Source: Spirochaetales bacterium
GTDB taxonomy: Bacteria > Spirochaetota > Spirochaetia > Treponematales > UBA12059
Length of the DNA: 64,000 nucleotides
NCBI GenBank assembly: GCA_016928955.1
Contig: JAFGJV010000004.1
Coordinates: 259,736 to 323,735 of the forward strand
Direction of reading: 5' to 3'
Part shown: positions 1 through 10,013 of the stretch, in pieces
Position numbering within the stretch: position 1 is the first letter of the stretch
How the letters are laid out: every line of letters begins with the position of its first letter
Notes under the pieces: model-generated
The model's database searches: none
Told to the model about the DNA's origin: nothing
Seen by the model: only the letters and a program-made list of their open reading frames with translations
Translations under genes and position numbers: made by a program

Positions 1-2
1 CT

Positions 3-971
3 CCGCGGGAAACCTACCAGCCGGGCGAGCGCATCAAGGCCCTGATCGTGGAAGTGACCAAAACCGGTCCCCAGATCATCCTTTCCCGCACCCATCCGGA
101 ATTTGTGCAGAAAATCCTGGAACTTGAGGTCCCTGAGGTCTATGACAAGACCGTGGAAGTGTATAAGATAGTCCGCGAGCCCGGTTACAGGACCAAGATA
201 GCCGTTTTCTCGCACCGGGAGGACGTCGATCCCGTGGGAGCCTGCGTGGGTCTCAAGGGTATACGCATCCAGAGCATCATCCGTGAACTCGAGGGCGAGA
301 AGATAGACGTTCTGAAGTACGAGGCTGACCCGAGGCGCTTCATCATGAACGCGCTGTCGCCGGCCGAGGTCAGGGACGTGTACATCCTTGACGAGTCCAA
401 GCGCCAAGCCCTTGCCGTTGTCGACGAGAGCCAGCAGTCGGTAGCCATAGGCAAGCAGGGCATGAACGTGCGCCTGGCCAACCGCATTTGCGACTGGAAC
501 ATAGACGTGAAGACGGAAGAGCAGTTCCGGGAGCTGGATATAGGCGCCGACGCACGCCGGGCCGCGTCCAGCCTCTTCGGCGACGAAGAGGAACTCCTGC
601 GGCTTGACGAGCTTCCCGGCGTCGACCAGCGCGTGTCGGACGCGCTCATGAACGCGGGCGTCGAGATGATCGAGGACTTCCTTGCACGGCCGGACGAAGA
701 GCTTCTGGCCATTGAAGGCATCAGCGCCGAGGACATCGAGGCGCTCAGGGCCGTCATTGACGAGAACGTGGAAGTGATCGAGGAAGAGCCGGCTGAGGAA
801 GAGGAAATCCAGGTCGAAGAGGAACCCCAGGCTGAGGAGCCCGAGGAAGAAGCCTACGAATGCCCGGATTGCCACGCCCGCATAACGCCGGATATGACCC
901 ACTGCCCGCAATGCGGGGTCGCGCTGTCCTTCGAATACGAGGACGAGGACGCGGCCGACTCGGAATCCTGA
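3..971 (+). CDS. nusA: Transcription termination/antitermination factor NusA, 5'-truncated by the window edge, with an acidic tail plus C-terminal zinc-ribbon
   Basis: Frame 3 is open from position 3. NusA S1/KH motifs are present: ILSRTHPEFV, LEVPEV, REPGYRTKIAV, GACVGLKGIRIQ, AIGKQGMNVRLA. The tail is EEEPAEEEE...YECPDC-x12-CPQCG. Confidence 0.9.
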   Translation, partial: PRETYQPGERIKALIVEVTKTGPQIILSRTHPEFVQKILELEVPEVYDKTVEVYKIVREPGYRTKIAVFSHREDVDPVGACVGLKGIRIQSIIRELEGEKIDVLKYEADPRRFIMNALSPAEVRDVYILDESKRQALAVVDESQQSVAIGKQGMNVRLANRICDWNIDVKTEEQFRELDIGADARRAASSLFGDEEELLRLDELPGVDQRVSDALMNAGVEMIEDFLARPDEELLAIEGISAEDIEALRAVIDENVEVIEEEPAEEEEIQVEEEPQAEEPEEEAYECPDCHARITPDMTHCPQCGVALSFEYEDEDAADSES

Positions 972-980
972 AGGTGAGCT

Positions 981-3629
981 ATGTCGGATACAAACGAAAA
1001 TAAACCCAAGCCTGTTCTCATAAAACAGGCCAAGCCAAAGCCTCAGGACGAGCCCGCCGCGGCGGCAACGCCCGCGCCGAGCACGGAACAGCCCGAACGC
1101 CGCAAGGTGGTCGTCGTCAAGAAAAAGCCCAGCGCACCGGCAGCCCAGCCCGCGGCAGCTCCGTCGGGGGCCAAAAAACCGGCCGCTCGCGTGGTGGCAA
1201 AACACGACGACAAGCCGGCCAAACCGCATGAGGACAAAGCAGCTCCCGATGCGGCCAAGGCCGAGCCCGCGGCGGACAAGCCGGCTGACAAAGAAGCTCC
1301 CAGGACTGCGCACAGGCCGGCTCCCTCCGATCCAAACAATCTCCGGACGACGCGTCCTGCGGGCACCGGACCGCGCGTGGTCGGAAGGGTAGGCGGGTAC
1401 CGCGCTCCGAGTGGCGCCCCCTCTGGCTACGGCCAGCAGGGCGCTGACAGGCGGGGCGGGGGATCCTACTCGGGTTCCACCGCGGGCCAGGGCGGCTACG
1501 GCAGCAGGCCTGCCGGCCAGGGCGGCTACGGCAACAGGCCGGCCGGCCAGGGCGGCTACGCCGGCAGACCCGCCGGCCAGGGCGGCTACGCCGGCAGGCC
1601 CGGTGGCGGCTACAGACCGGGCGGCCCGGGCGGCGCTGGGCCCAGGCCCTATCCACCCAGGCCCGGTTTCGGCGGTCCAAGGCCGGGCGGCGGAGCCCGT
1701 CCAGGTGGCGCTCCCGCTCCCGCTGGCGACAAAAAGCCGATGGCCAAACGCTTCATCAAGGCAAAAAAGCCTTCCTACCAGAGGAAGGAAGAGAGCCTTG
1801 AGCAGAAGCTGGTCCTGCAGCGTAAAAAAGCCAACGCGCCCAAGGCCAACCCCATACCCAAGTCCATAGACATGATGGAAACCATCTCCGTGGCCGAACT
1901 GGCCAAGAAGATGAACCTGAAGCCCAGCGAGCTGATCGGCAAGCTCATGAGCCTCGGCGTCATGGCCACCATCAATCAGCAGATCGACGCGGACACGGCC
2001 ACCATCCTGGCCAACGAGTACAGCTGCGAAGTCCACATCGTGTCCCTGTATGACGAGACCATCATAGAGAAGACAGCGGACAAGCCCGAGGACATGGACC
2101 ACCGTCCGCCCGTCGTGACCGTGATGGGCCACGTTGACCACGGCAAGACCAAGCTCCTGGACGCCATCCGCAAGACCAACGTGATAGCCACGGAATTCGG
2201 CGGCATTACCCAGCATATCGGCGCGTACCAGGTGGAAACGCCCAAGGGCAAAATCACCTTCCTGGACACGCCGGGCCACGAGGCCTTTGCCAAAATGCGC
2301 GCGCGTGGTTCGCAGATCACAGACATCGTCATCCTGGTGGTCGCCGCCAACGACGGCGTCATGCCCCAGACCATAGAGGCCATCGACCACGCCAAGGCGG
2401 CCAAGGTTCCCATCATCGTCGCCATTAACAAGGTCGACCTGCCCGAGGCCAACCCGGACCGCGTCAAGACCCAGCTGTCCGACCTGGGCCTCCAGCCTGA
2501 GGAATGGGGCGGCCAGACCATGTTCTTCGAGATATCGGCCCTGCAGAAAAAGGGCATATCCGAGGTCCTGGACGGCATCCTGCTCACGGCTGAGGTGCTG
2601 GAGCTCAAGGCCAACTACAAGTGCCACGCCGAAGGCAAGGTGCTTGAGTCCCGCATCGACCAAGGCCGCGGCATCGTGGCCACCCTCATCATAGAGCGCG
2701 GCACCCTGCGCGTGGGCGACAGCTTTGTCGCCGGCGTGTTCCCCGGCAAGGTCCGGGCCATGTTCGACGACAAGGGCCAGAAGATGCTCGAGGCCACCCC
2801 GTCCACGCCCGTGGAGGTGGTCGGCTTTGAGGGCATGCCCAATTCCGGCGACCCCTTTGAGGCGGTTGACGACGAGAAGACCGCGCGCGCCTACTCGGGC
2901 AAGCGCCAGGAGCTCAAGCGTTTTGAGGAAGCCAAGGCCGTCCGCAAGGTCACCCTGGACAACCTGTACGACACGCTCCAGGACGGCTCGGTGCAGGAGC
3001 TCAAGGTCATCATCAAGGGCGACGTGCACGGCTCGGTAGAGGCGCTGAAGTCCTCGCTTGAGAAGCTGACCACGCCGGAAGTTCGGCTGGTAGCCATCCG
3101 CTCGGCAGCGGGAGCTATCAACGAGTCGGACGTGGACCTTGCCAGCGCGTCTGACGCCCTCATCATAGGCTTCAACGTCAGGCCCACGCCCAAGGCCAAG
3201 ACCCTGGCCGACCAGGAAAAGGTCGAGATCCGCAAGTACAACGTGATATACAAGGCCGTGGAGGAAATCCAGCAGGCCATGGAAGGCATGCTGGCGCCCG
3301 AGATCAAGGAACAGGACATAGCCGAGGCCGAGGTCCGCAGCGTGTTCAAGGTTCCCAAGATAGGCGCCATAGCCGGCTGTTACGTGCTGGAAGGCACAGT
3401 CAAGCGCAACGCCGGCGTCCGCGTCATCCGCGAGGGCATAGAAATATACTCCGGCAAGATATCCAGCCTGAGACGCTTCAAGGACGACGCCAGGGAAGTG
3501 GCCGCCGGGTTTGAGTGCGGTATCGGCATAGACGGGTACACGGACGTGCGAGAGGGCGACAAGCTCGAGATATTCGAGCAGGTCCAGGTGTCAAGAAAGC
3601 TGAGCGACTCCTCCAGTGGAAAAAATTAG
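981..3629 (+). CDS. infB: Translation initiation factor IF-2
   Basis: GTPase motifs [13 protein letters not shown] and NKVD plus conserved C-terminal IF-2 domains. The N-terminal third is low-complexity (A/P/K/G-rich). It follows nusA by 9 nt. Confidence 0.95.
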   Translation: MSDTNENKPKPVLIKQAKPKPQDEPAAAATPAPSTEQPERRKVVVVKKKPSAPAAQPAAAPSGAKKPAARVVAKHDDKPAKPHEDKAAPDAAKAEPAADKPADKEAPRTAHRPAPSDPNNLRTTRPAGTGPRVVGRVGGYRAPSGAPSGYGQQGADRRGGGSYSGSTAGQGGYGSRPAGQGGYGNRPAGQGGYAGRPAGQGGYAGRPGGGYRPGGPGGAGPRPYPPRPGFGGPRPGGGARPGGAPAPAGDKKPMAKRFIKAKKPSYQRKEESLEQKLVLQRKKANAPKANPIPKSIDMMETISVAELAKKMNLKPSELIGKLMSLGVMATINQQIDADTATILANEYSCEVHIVSLYDETIIEKTADKPEDMDHRPPVVTVMGHVDHGKTKLLDAIRKTNVIATEFGGITQHIGAYQVETPKGKITFLDTPGHEAFAKMRARGSQITDIVILVVAANDGVMPQTIEAIDHAKAAKVPIIVAINKVDLPEANPDRVKTQLSDLGLQPEEWGGQTMFFEISALQKKGISEVLDGILLTAEVLELKANYKCHAEGKVLESRIDQGRGIVATLIIERGTLRVGDSFVAGVFPGKVRAMFDDKGQKMLEATPSTPVEVVGFEGMPNSGDPFEAVDDEKTARAYSGKRQELKRFEEAKAVRKVTLDNLYDTLQDGSVQELKVIIKGDVHGSVEALKSSLEKLTTPEVRLVAIRSAAGAINESDVDLASASDALIIGFNVRPTPKAKTLADQEKVEIRKYNVIYKAVEEIQQAMEGMLAPEIKEQDIAEAEVRSVFKVPKIGAIAGCYVLEGTVKRNAGVRVIREGIEIYSGKISSLRRFKDDAREVAAGFECGIGIDGYTDVREGDKLEIFEQVQVSRKLSDSSSGKN
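1485..1613 (+). repeat. Four in-frame 30-bp tandem repeats plus a degenerate fifth, inside infB; they encode (R)PAGQGGYG/A
   Basis: The string ggccagggcggctacg recurs at 1485, 1515, 1545 and 1575, an exact 30-nt period. The peptide is [43 protein letters not shown]. Confidence 0.85.
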
Positions 3630-3963
3630 GCAGCGTCGCGTGGAGGAGCAGATACGGCACGAGGTGTCCGAGCTGCTCCTCCGCGGCGACATCAAGGATC
3701 CCAGGGTTGACAGCTTCCTCTCCATCACGAGGGTGGAGGTCGCGCGCGACGGCTCGCACGCCAAGTTGTACGTGTCCACCTTCCGCGAGCGCGACGCCCT
3801 GGAGGGCGGGGTGGACGGGCTCAACCACGCCGCCGGATTCATCCAGAGCGCCATAAGCAAGCGCCTGAAAATCAGGCTGACGCCCAGGCTGTCTTTCTAC
3901 GCCGATCTCGGCATCAAAGAAGGCTTTGAGCTTGGCGAAAAGCTTAAGGGACTGGTCCCATGA
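3616..3963 (+). CDS. rbfA: Ribosome-binding factor A
   Basis: 115 aa with an RbfA-like N-terminus (RVEEQIRHEVSELLLRGDIKDPRV). It overlaps the infB end by 14 nt and sits in the conserved position after infB. Confidence 0.85.
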   Translation: MEKIRQRRVEEQIRHEVSELLLRGDIKDPRVDSFLSITRVEVARDGSHAKLYVSTFRERDALEGGVDGLNHAAGFIQSAISKRLKIRLTPRLSFYADLGIKEGFELGEKLKGLVP

Positions 3964-4853
3964 GCGATGTCCGGCGGGCCGATGGCTTCGTCGTTGTGGA
4001 CAAACCCGCAGGCATAACGTCCCACCGACTGATAGCGTCGCTGAAACACCAGCTGGGCGGCTCCGTCAAGATAGGCCACGCCGGCACGCTGGATTCCTTT
4101 GCTTCAGGCGTCCTTGTAGTCCTCCTTGGCCGCTATACCCGGCTTTCCGACTGGTTCATGGGCGCTGGCAAGGAATACGACGCCATGGTGGCCTTCGGGC
4201 GGGAAACCGACACTCTTGACCCGGAAGGCGCGGTGACGGCACAAGCGGAACCGCCGAGCCTGGACGCGCTCAATGCGGCGCTGCCACGTTTCCGCGGCGA
4301 CATACTCCAGGCCCCACCGGCCTATTCGGCCGTGCACATAGACGGCCAGCGCGCATACGAGCGGGCGGCCAAGGGAGAGGATGTCAGGCCCGAGCCCCGC
4401 CCGGTCACCATCAAGGCGCTCGAGCTCTTGTCTTTTGACGGGGCGAACGCGCGGCTCAGGATCGTCTGCTCGAAGGGCACCTACATACGGTCGCTTGCCC
4501 GTGACCTGGCCTTGGCCTGCGGCTCTCGCGCCCACCTGTCCGCCTTGCGGCGGGTAGCGTCGGGGCCCTTCCTGGCGGACGGCGCCCTGAAACCCGGGGA
4601 CGTGGGCGAGCAAGCGCTGAGAAGCCTGGCCGTTGCCGATGCCATTGGCCTAGGGCTGGCTGTCGTCACGCTAGACGCCGAACAGGCCAGGGCCTTTACC
4701 GGAGGGCTACCCCTGTACCGCCTCGCGCCGTTCAAGGACAAGCCCAAGGGGGGCGACGCGGCCGTGTACTCGGAGGGCGGCACCCTGCTCGGCATGGTGC
4801 GGGCCAAAGACTCCGTCTGGGCCTACGGCATGGTCTTCGAGGGAGCTCGATGA
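3960..4853 (+). CDS. truB: tRNA pseudouridine-55 synthase TruB
   Basis: Catalytic motif GHAGTLD; 4-nt ATGA overlap with rbfA; conserved synteny. Confidence 0.9.
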   Translation: MSDVRRADGFVVVDKPAGITSHRLIASLKHQLGGSVKIGHAGTLDSFASGVLVVLLGRYTRLSDWFMGAGKEYDAMVAFGRETDTLDPEGAVTAQAEPPSLDALNAALPRFRGDILQAPPAYSAVHIDGQRAYERAAKGEDVRPEPRPVTIKALELLSFDGANARLRIVCSKGTYIRSLARDLALACGSRAHLSALRRVASGPFLADGALKPGDVGEQALRSLAVADAIGLGLAVVTLDAEQARAFTGGLPLYRLAPFKDKPKGGDAAVYSEGGTLLGMVRAKDSVWAYGMVFEGAR

Positions 4854-5665
4854 AGATAGTCAGCTGGGACGAGGCCATGGCCGGAGGGCAGGCCTGCCTG
4901 CCGGGACTTGTTGCCGCGACCATAGGGGTCTTTGACGGCGTGCATCTCGGTCACCGGGAACTCATTCGGCACGTGCTGGACAAGGCTCCCGCGCTCGCTC
5001 CCGTGGCGGTTACCTTCAGGGAAAACCCCAAGCGCGTTACGGCCCCATCGCGCTTTATGGGCGACATCTTTACCCTCGAGCAGAAACTGGAGACCCTGGA
5101 CGCCCTGGGTATCCATACCTGCGTGCTGATTGACTTTTCCAGCAATTTCAGTAAACTGGCCGGGAACGAATTCATTTCGGCCCTCACGGGGTCGTGCGGC
5201 GTGCGTTATTTCGCCGTCGGAGCCGATTTTAAATGCGGCCACCGCCTGTCGACGGATGCCCTTGCCCTGAGCCAGCTTGCGCTTGCTCAAGGGGCCCTTG
5301 TCGATGTGGTGCCTCCCGTCATGTCGGGCGGCCATAAGGTGAGCTCGAGCGGTATCCGTATGGCCATACAAAAAGGACGCATGGACCTGGCATTCGCCAT
5401 GCTGGGTAGCCCCTACACGCTCGACCTCAGGAAGCTCGAAACGGAACGTTTGGGTACGGTCATGACCGTTCATGCCCAAGGGCGCGGATTCGTCCTCCCG
5501 CGCAATGGCAGGTACGAGGGAACGGCGCGGGGCGCGCGGAGTTCGCTCCCGTGCGCGCTGGAGGTCAAGGATGGCCTTGTCACCGCGCAGGTTCCGGAAT
5601 TGACCGAACAGCCAAGGTTCCTCGAATTCGATCCATACAGCGCTTACAATGAGCAAGGAGAATAG
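4850..5665 (+). CDS. ribF: RibF-like FMN adenylyltransferase (FAD synthetase) with a short, degenerate riboflavin-kinase half
   Basis: N-terminal nucleotidyltransferase motif [14 protein letters not shown]. The C-terminal ~88 aa lacks the G-F-P-T-A-N kinase motif. 4-nt overlap with truB. Confidence 0.8.
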   Translation: MKIVSWDEAMAGGQACLPGLVAATIGVFDGVHLGHRELIRHVLDKAPALAPVAVTFRENPKRVTAPSRFMGDIFTLEQKLETLDALGIHTCVLIDFSSNFSKLAGNEFISALTGSCGVRYFAVGADFKCGHRLSTDALALSQLALAQGALVDVVPPVMSGGHKVSSSGIRMAIQKGRMDLAFAMLGSPYTLDLRKLETERLGTVMTVHAQGRGFVLPRNGRYEGTARGARSSLPCALEVKDGLVTAQVPELTEQPRFLEFDPYSAYNEQGE

Positions 5666-5669
5666 AGAG

Positions 5670-5939
5670 ATGGCAGTTACCAAGGAAGACAAAGCCAGGA
5701 TTGTAAAAGATTTCGGCGCCACCGAGAAGGATACCGGTGCCACCGAGGTTCAGATCGCCCTCGTCACGGAGCGCATCAACCAGCTTACCGAGCATTTCAA
5801 GGTCAACAAGAAAGACACCAATGGCCGCAGGGGACTCCTCAAGCTGGTCGGCCAGCGCAGGCGCCTGCTCAAATACCTCCAGCGCACCAACCTGGAAGGC
5901 TACCGAGCCATCCTCGAGAAACTAGGCATTCGCAAGTAA
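5670..5939 (+). CDS. rpsO: 30S ribosomal protein S15
   Basis: [16 protein letters not shown]...[16 protein letters not shown] is typical S15. AAGGAG lies 10 nt upstream of the ATG at 5670; the ORF-track start at 5649 is probably too early. Confidence 0.95.
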   Translation: MAVTKEDKARIVKDFGATEKDTGATEVQIALVTERINQLTEHFKVNKKDTNGRRGLLKLVGQRRRLLKYLQRTNLEGYRAILEKLGIRK

Positions 5940-5947
5940 GACGATTG

Positions 5948-5974
5948 CTGGCCCGGGCTACGCGTCCGGGCCAG
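5948..5974 (+). terminator. GC-rich hairpin 9 nt after the rpsO stop; candidate rpsO terminator/attenuator or processing site in the pnp leader
   Basis: ctggcccgggc / gcgtccgggccag pair over about 11 bp (one G-U) with a 5-nt loop. The downstream sequence cgtcattctt is only weakly U-rich. Confidence 0.5.
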
Positions 5975-6059
5975 CGTCATTCTTGGCGGCCTGTTGCCGC
6001 CTGCCCGGGAAGGCGCCCGCGCCTGCCGCCCCGGGATTCCAGATGGCGCGGGAGCCACA

Positions 6060-8165
6060 ATGGAGATCGAAAACCCCATGGCACATACCAGCACATACCG
6101 TATAAACGGCGAGGACATGGTCCTAGAGACCGGACACATGGCCAAACAGGCCAACGGATCAGTCTTTGGTCGCTTTGGCGGCTCGGCCGTCATAGCCACC
6201 GTCTGTTGCTCGTCCAAGGTGACCGAGGGCCTGGACTTTGTCCCCCTCACGGTCGAATACAACGAGAAGTATTACGCCGCCGGCAAGATACCTGGCGGCT
6301 TCATCAAACGCGAGACCAGGCCCAAAGACAGGGAGATCCTCGTGTCGCGCCTGATAGACAGGCCCATGCGCCCCCTGTTCGACAAGGCCTTTGGCCGCGA
6401 AATCCAGGTCGTGCCCACCGTCATCAGCGCCGACCAGGTCAATCCCCCGGACATCCTGGCTATCAACGCCGCCAGCGCTGCGGTGCACATATCCGACATA
6501 CCCTTCAACGGCCCTATTGCCGCCGTGCGCGTAAGCCATGTTGACGGCGCCTATGTCATCAACCCCAGCTACGACCAGATAGAGCGCGGAGCCCTGGAAA
6601 TCGTGGTGGCCGGCACCGAACAGGGCATCACCATGGTTGAAGGCGGGGCGGACGAGGTGTCAGAGGACCTGATGCTCGGCGCCATAGATGCCGCAAAGGC
6701 GCCCATAGCCGACATCTGCCGCCTCATCCGCAAGATGCGCGACGAGGTTGGCAAGCCCAAGCTGGCCATGGCCCCCCTGCGCGCCGAACTGGGTCGCAAG
6801 GCCGAGATTGACGCCTATGCCCGCCCGCGCCTGGAAAAAGCCCTGTACACCAAGGTCAAGCAGGAACGCGGAGCCGCCATCAACGCGGCCATCAAGGAAA
6901 CCGCCGAGCAGTTCAAGGATGTCCTTGTCGACGAGATCCAGAACAAGCTCTTTGCCGCCCTGATGGAAGACATCCAGTACGAGACGCTCCGCGCCGGTAT
7001 CCTGGACAAGGGCCAGCGCGTGGACGGCCGCGGTCTTGAGGACATACGTCCCATCACCTGCGAGATCGGCGTCCTGCCGCGCACCCACGGCGCCGCCCTG
7101 TTCACCCGCGGCGAGACGCAGGCCCTTGCGGTCACGACCCTCGGCACCGTGTTTGACGAGCAGATCTTTGACGACATAGAGGGCGACCGTCGCGAGCGCT
7201 TCATGCTGCACTACAACTTCCCGCCCTTCTCCGTGGGCGAGACCGGCCGCCTGGGAACGGGCCGCCGGGAAATCGGCCACGGCCACCTCGCGCGCAGGGC
7301 CCTTGAGCGCGTCCTGCCTACCAAGGAACAGTTTCCGTACACCATCCGCGTGGTGTCCGAAATCCTGGAATCCAACGGCTCGTCGTCCATGGCCAGCGTG
7401 TGCGGCGGCACCCTTTCGCTCCTGGCTTCCGGCGTGCCCATACGCCGCCCGGTTGCCGGCATAGCCATGGGCCTGATCACAGAGGGCCAGCGCTACGCAG
7501 TGCTGTCCGACATCCTTGGCGACGAGGACCACCTTGGCGACATGGACTTCAAGGTGGCGGGCACCGAGCAGGGCATCACCGGCTTCCAGATGGACATCAA
7601 GATAGCCGGCGTGTCCACCGAGATCATGAAGAAGGCCCTCGAGCAGGCCAAGCGCGGCCGCATGCACATCCTGGGCATCATGAACGCCACCATCTCGACC
7701 CCGGCCGCCGACATTTCCAAGTACGCGCCCAAGATCGTCAGCGTCAAGATCGACGTGGACAAGATCGGCGCCATCATCGGGCCGGGCGGCAAGAACATTA
7801 AGGCCCTGTGCGAGCAGTTCGACGTCAAGATCAACGTGGACGACGACGGATCGGTGACCATATACGGTTCCAACCAGCAGTCCGCCTACGACGCAAAGGA
7901 CGCCGTGCTCGGCATCGCCGAGGACCCGGAAGTGGGCCGCGTGTACCAGGGTACGGTCAAGCGCGTCATGGACTTTGGCGCCTTTGTGGAAATCCTTCCC
8001 GGCAAGGAAGGCCTGGTGCACATATCCAGGCTGTCCAAGACCCGCGTGGCGTCCGTGTCCGACGTTGTCAAGGAAGGCCAGGTCATACCGGTCAAGCTTC
8101 TCGAGATCGACAAGCTCGGCCGCCTGAACCTGTCCTACATAGACGCGCTGGAAGACAAGAACTAG
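6060..8165 (+). CDS. pnp: Polyribonucleotide nucleotidyltransferase (PNPase)
   Basis: Two RNase PH-like halves, a KH domain (GAIIGPGGKNIKAL) and an S1 domain (GRVYQGTVKRVMDFGAFVEILPGKEGLVHIS). Start chosen at MEIENP; the ORF track begins 66 nt earlier. Confidence 0.95.
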   Translation: MEIENPMAHTSTYRINGEDMVLETGHMAKQANGSVFGRFGGSAVIATVCCSSKVTEGLDFVPLTVEYNEKYYAAGKIPGGFIKRETRPKDREILVSRLIDRPMRPLFDKAFGREIQVVPTVISADQVNPPDILAINAASAAVHISDIPFNGPIAAVRVSHVDGAYVINPSYDQIERGALEIVVAGTEQGITMVEGGADEVSEDLMLGAIDAAKAPIADICRLIRKMRDEVGKPKLAMAPLRAELGRKAEIDAYARPRLEKALYTKVKQERGAAINAAIKETAEQFKDVLVDEIQNKLFAALMEDIQYETLRAGILDKGQRVDGRGLEDIRPITCEIGVLPRTHGAALFTRGETQALAVTTLGTVFDEQIFDDIEGDRRERFMLHYNFPPFSVGETGRLGTGRREIGHGHLARRALERVLPTKEQFPYTIRVVSEILESNGSSSMASVCGGTLSLLASGVPIRRPVAGIAMGLITEGQRYAVLSDILGDEDHLGDMDFKVAGTEQGITGFQMDIKIAGVSTEIMKKALEQAKRGRMHILGIMNATISTPAADISKYAPKIVSVKIDVDKIGAIIGPGGKNIKALCEQFDVKINVDDDGSVTIYGSNQQSAYDAKDAVLGIAEDPEVGRVYQGTVKRVMDFGAFVEILPGKEGLVHISRLSKTRVASVSDVVKEGQVIPVKLLEIDKLGRLNLSYIDALEDKN

Positions 8166-8170
8166 CATAC

Positions 8171-8237
8171 CGCGGGCCGGGGCGCGAGCCTGCCCGCGAT
8201 CTGAGTACCGCACGAGGCCGGCCCCTGGGACGGCCTC
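8171..8237 (+). terminator. Two consecutive 7-bp GC hairpins after pnp (candidate terminator or stabiliser)
   Basis: cgcgggc...gcccgcg at 8171-8198 and gaggccg...cggcctc at 8214-8237. There is no clear U-tract. Confidence 0.3.
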
Positions 8238-8257
8238 GTTCCATTAAGGAAGCGACC

Positions 8258-9571
8258 ATGTCCCCAACGGGAAACATACTCCGCTACGAACCCGCGCCGG
8301 GCGCCGTTCTCCTGGTAGACGTCATGCCGGGCTCCTCCGGCGCCGCCCTTGGCCTCTGGTTTCCCGTAGGCTCGGCCCTGGAGCGAGAGGACGAACGTGG
8401 GCTGACCCATTTCCTCGAGCACATGCTGTTCAAGGGCGCCGGCGACCTTGATGCCGACACCCTGTCCCGCACCGTGGACAGGGAAGGCGGCTACCTGAAC
8501 GCCTTCACCGAGCGGGAGACCATGTGCATCCACTGCCTCATACCGGCGGGCAAGGCGGAAATGGCCGCGTCACTGCTCCTCGACATGGCCTTCAGGCCCA
8601 GGCTTGTGGCCGACGAGTTTGAGCGCGAGAAGGACATCATAGTCAACGAGATTCTTGCATCCGAGGACGACCTGGAGGAGGCGGGACACAACCTGTTCCA
8701 CGCCCTGTGCTACCCCGAGCACGGAGCCGGGCGCCCGATAGCCGGCACGGTGGCCGACGTACGCTCCGCCAGCTTGGACGCGCTCAAAGCCTTCCACGGC
8801 GAGCGCGTCATGTCGGGTAGGGTCGTCATGACGGTGGCCGGCAACGTGGATCCGGACAGCCTTGCCGCCCTGTTCTCAAGCCGAACAGGCGGGGCCCCGC
8901 GGTCTGATGCCGTCAGTTCCGGACCCGCCGCCTTCAGGCGGAGCCGCGTCACCGCTTCAGCGCCCGGCAGCCAGGTGTACATTTTCACCGGTCTTCCCAT
9001 CATCCCCCAGCCAGCGGAAGACGAATTCTGGCTGCTCGACCTCATCGATTCGGCATACGGGGAAAGCATGAGCTCCCGGCTGTTCATGAGGCTGCGCGAA
9101 GCTGAAGGCTTGTGCTATTCCATATCGTCGGAATTCGCCCCGTCCGCCGTGGCCGGCACCTGGGGCGTGCTCGCGTCCACGTCGCCCGAACAGCTCCCGC
9201 GCTTCGCGAGCGCATACAAGCGCGAGGCCGAACTTCTGTACCGCCACGGCCTGGCCGAACGCGAGGTTTCAGAGGCGAGGTCGCGCATACAAGGCCTAAT
9301 CAGCCTGGCATCCGACGATCCCGAATACAGGATGAAACGGCTGGCCCGCAGGTACCTGTTCGACGGAAGCGCCGACTCCGTGCCTGATATGGTCGGCCGC
9401 TACCTGAACGACCGCACCCTGTCCCTGGAACGCGTCAACCACTGCATTCAGGCTAGGCTCGATCCCGACAATGAGGCTATACTGATGTACGGAAAAATCA
9501 CCAAACGGGCGGCCAAGGCCGCGGCTGAAACGTTTGCCTGCGAGCCATGGGAAGGATCGATCGATGGATAA
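8258..9571 (+). CDS. M16-family (pitrilysin/insulinase-like) zinc peptidase
   Basis: Inverted zinc motif HFLEH followed by MLFKG. An M16 peptidase after pnp is common synteny. The ORF-track start at 7808 runs inside pnp, so I use the ATG at 8258. Confidence 0.85.
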   Translation: MSPTGNILRYEPAPGAVLLVDVMPGSSGAALGLWFPVGSALEREDERGLTHFLEHMLFKGAGDLDADTLSRTVDREGGYLNAFTERETMCIHCLIPAGKAEMAASLLLDMAFRPRLVADEFEREKDIIVNEILASEDDLEEAGHNLFHALCYPEHGAGRPIAGTVADVRSASLDALKAFHGERVMSGRVVMTVAGNVDPDSLAALFSSRTGGAPRSDAVSSGPAAFRRSRVTASAPGSQVYIFTGLPIIPQPAEDEFWLLDLIDSAYGESMSSRLFMRLREAEGLCYSISSEFAPSAVAGTWGVLASTSPEQLPRFASAYKREAELLYRHGLAEREVSEARSRIQGLISLASDDPEYRMKRLARRYLFDGSADSVPDMVGRYLNDRTLSLERVNHCIQARLDPDNEAILMYGKITKRAAKAAAETFACEPWEGSIDG

Positions 9572-10004
9572 ACCCAGCGTACTCGTTACCCTCGATCCAG
9601 GCGCCGATACCCCGCGCTACCAAACCCCGGGTTCAGCGGGGGCGGACCTCAAGGCGCGTTTGGACGCGCCCCTGGATATACAGCCGGGCGAGCGGGCCGT
9701 TGTGCCGACTGGCATACGTATCCACCTGCCAGAAGGCTACGAGGCCCAGGTCCGGCCGCGTTCGGGACTGGCCGCCACCCACGGGCTGACCTGCCTGAAC
9801 TCTCCCGGAACCATAGACTCAGACTACCGGGGAGAAATACGCGTCATCCTCATCAACCTGGGATCCGACCCGGTTGTCATAAGCCCGGGCGAACGTGTTG
9901 CGCAGCTCGTGATCGCGCCCGTGGCTCACGCGGAATTTACCGTGGTGCCAGAGTTACCGGCTAGCGAGCGCGGCTCTGGCGGCTTCGGGTCCACGGGCCG
10001 CTAG
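9564..10004 (+). CDS. dut: dUTP diphosphatase
   Basis: Motifs [20 protein letters not shown] and C-terminal GGFGSTG. 8-nt overlap with the M16 peptidase gene. Confidence 0.9.
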   Translation: MDKPSVLVTLDPGADTPRYQTPGSAGADLKARLDAPLDIQPGERAVVPTGIRIHLPEGYEAQVRPRSGLAATHGLTCLNSPGTIDSDYRGEIRVILINLGSDPVVISPGERVAQLVIAPVAHAEFTVVPELPASERGSGGFGSTGR

Positions 10005-10013
10005 GAGAAGCGC

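Noticed and set aside
1485-1613. Tandem 30-bp repeats considered as a CRISPR array or non-coding minisatellite
   Set aside because: There are no unique spacers, since the units are directly adjacent. The repeats are in-frame within infB and encode a coherent G/Y/P/R peptide repeat.
7808-8257. N-terminal extensions of several ORF-track models (7808, 13853, 22191, 24156, 26635, 30744, 30753, 34819, 39370, 42745, 46982, 52821, 58063, 59797, 60867)
   Set aside because: The extensions overlap the preceding gene, run through terminator hairpins, or begin at the TTG of a -35 hexamer. Internal ATG/GTG codons with SD or promoter context give proteins that start where the family normally starts.
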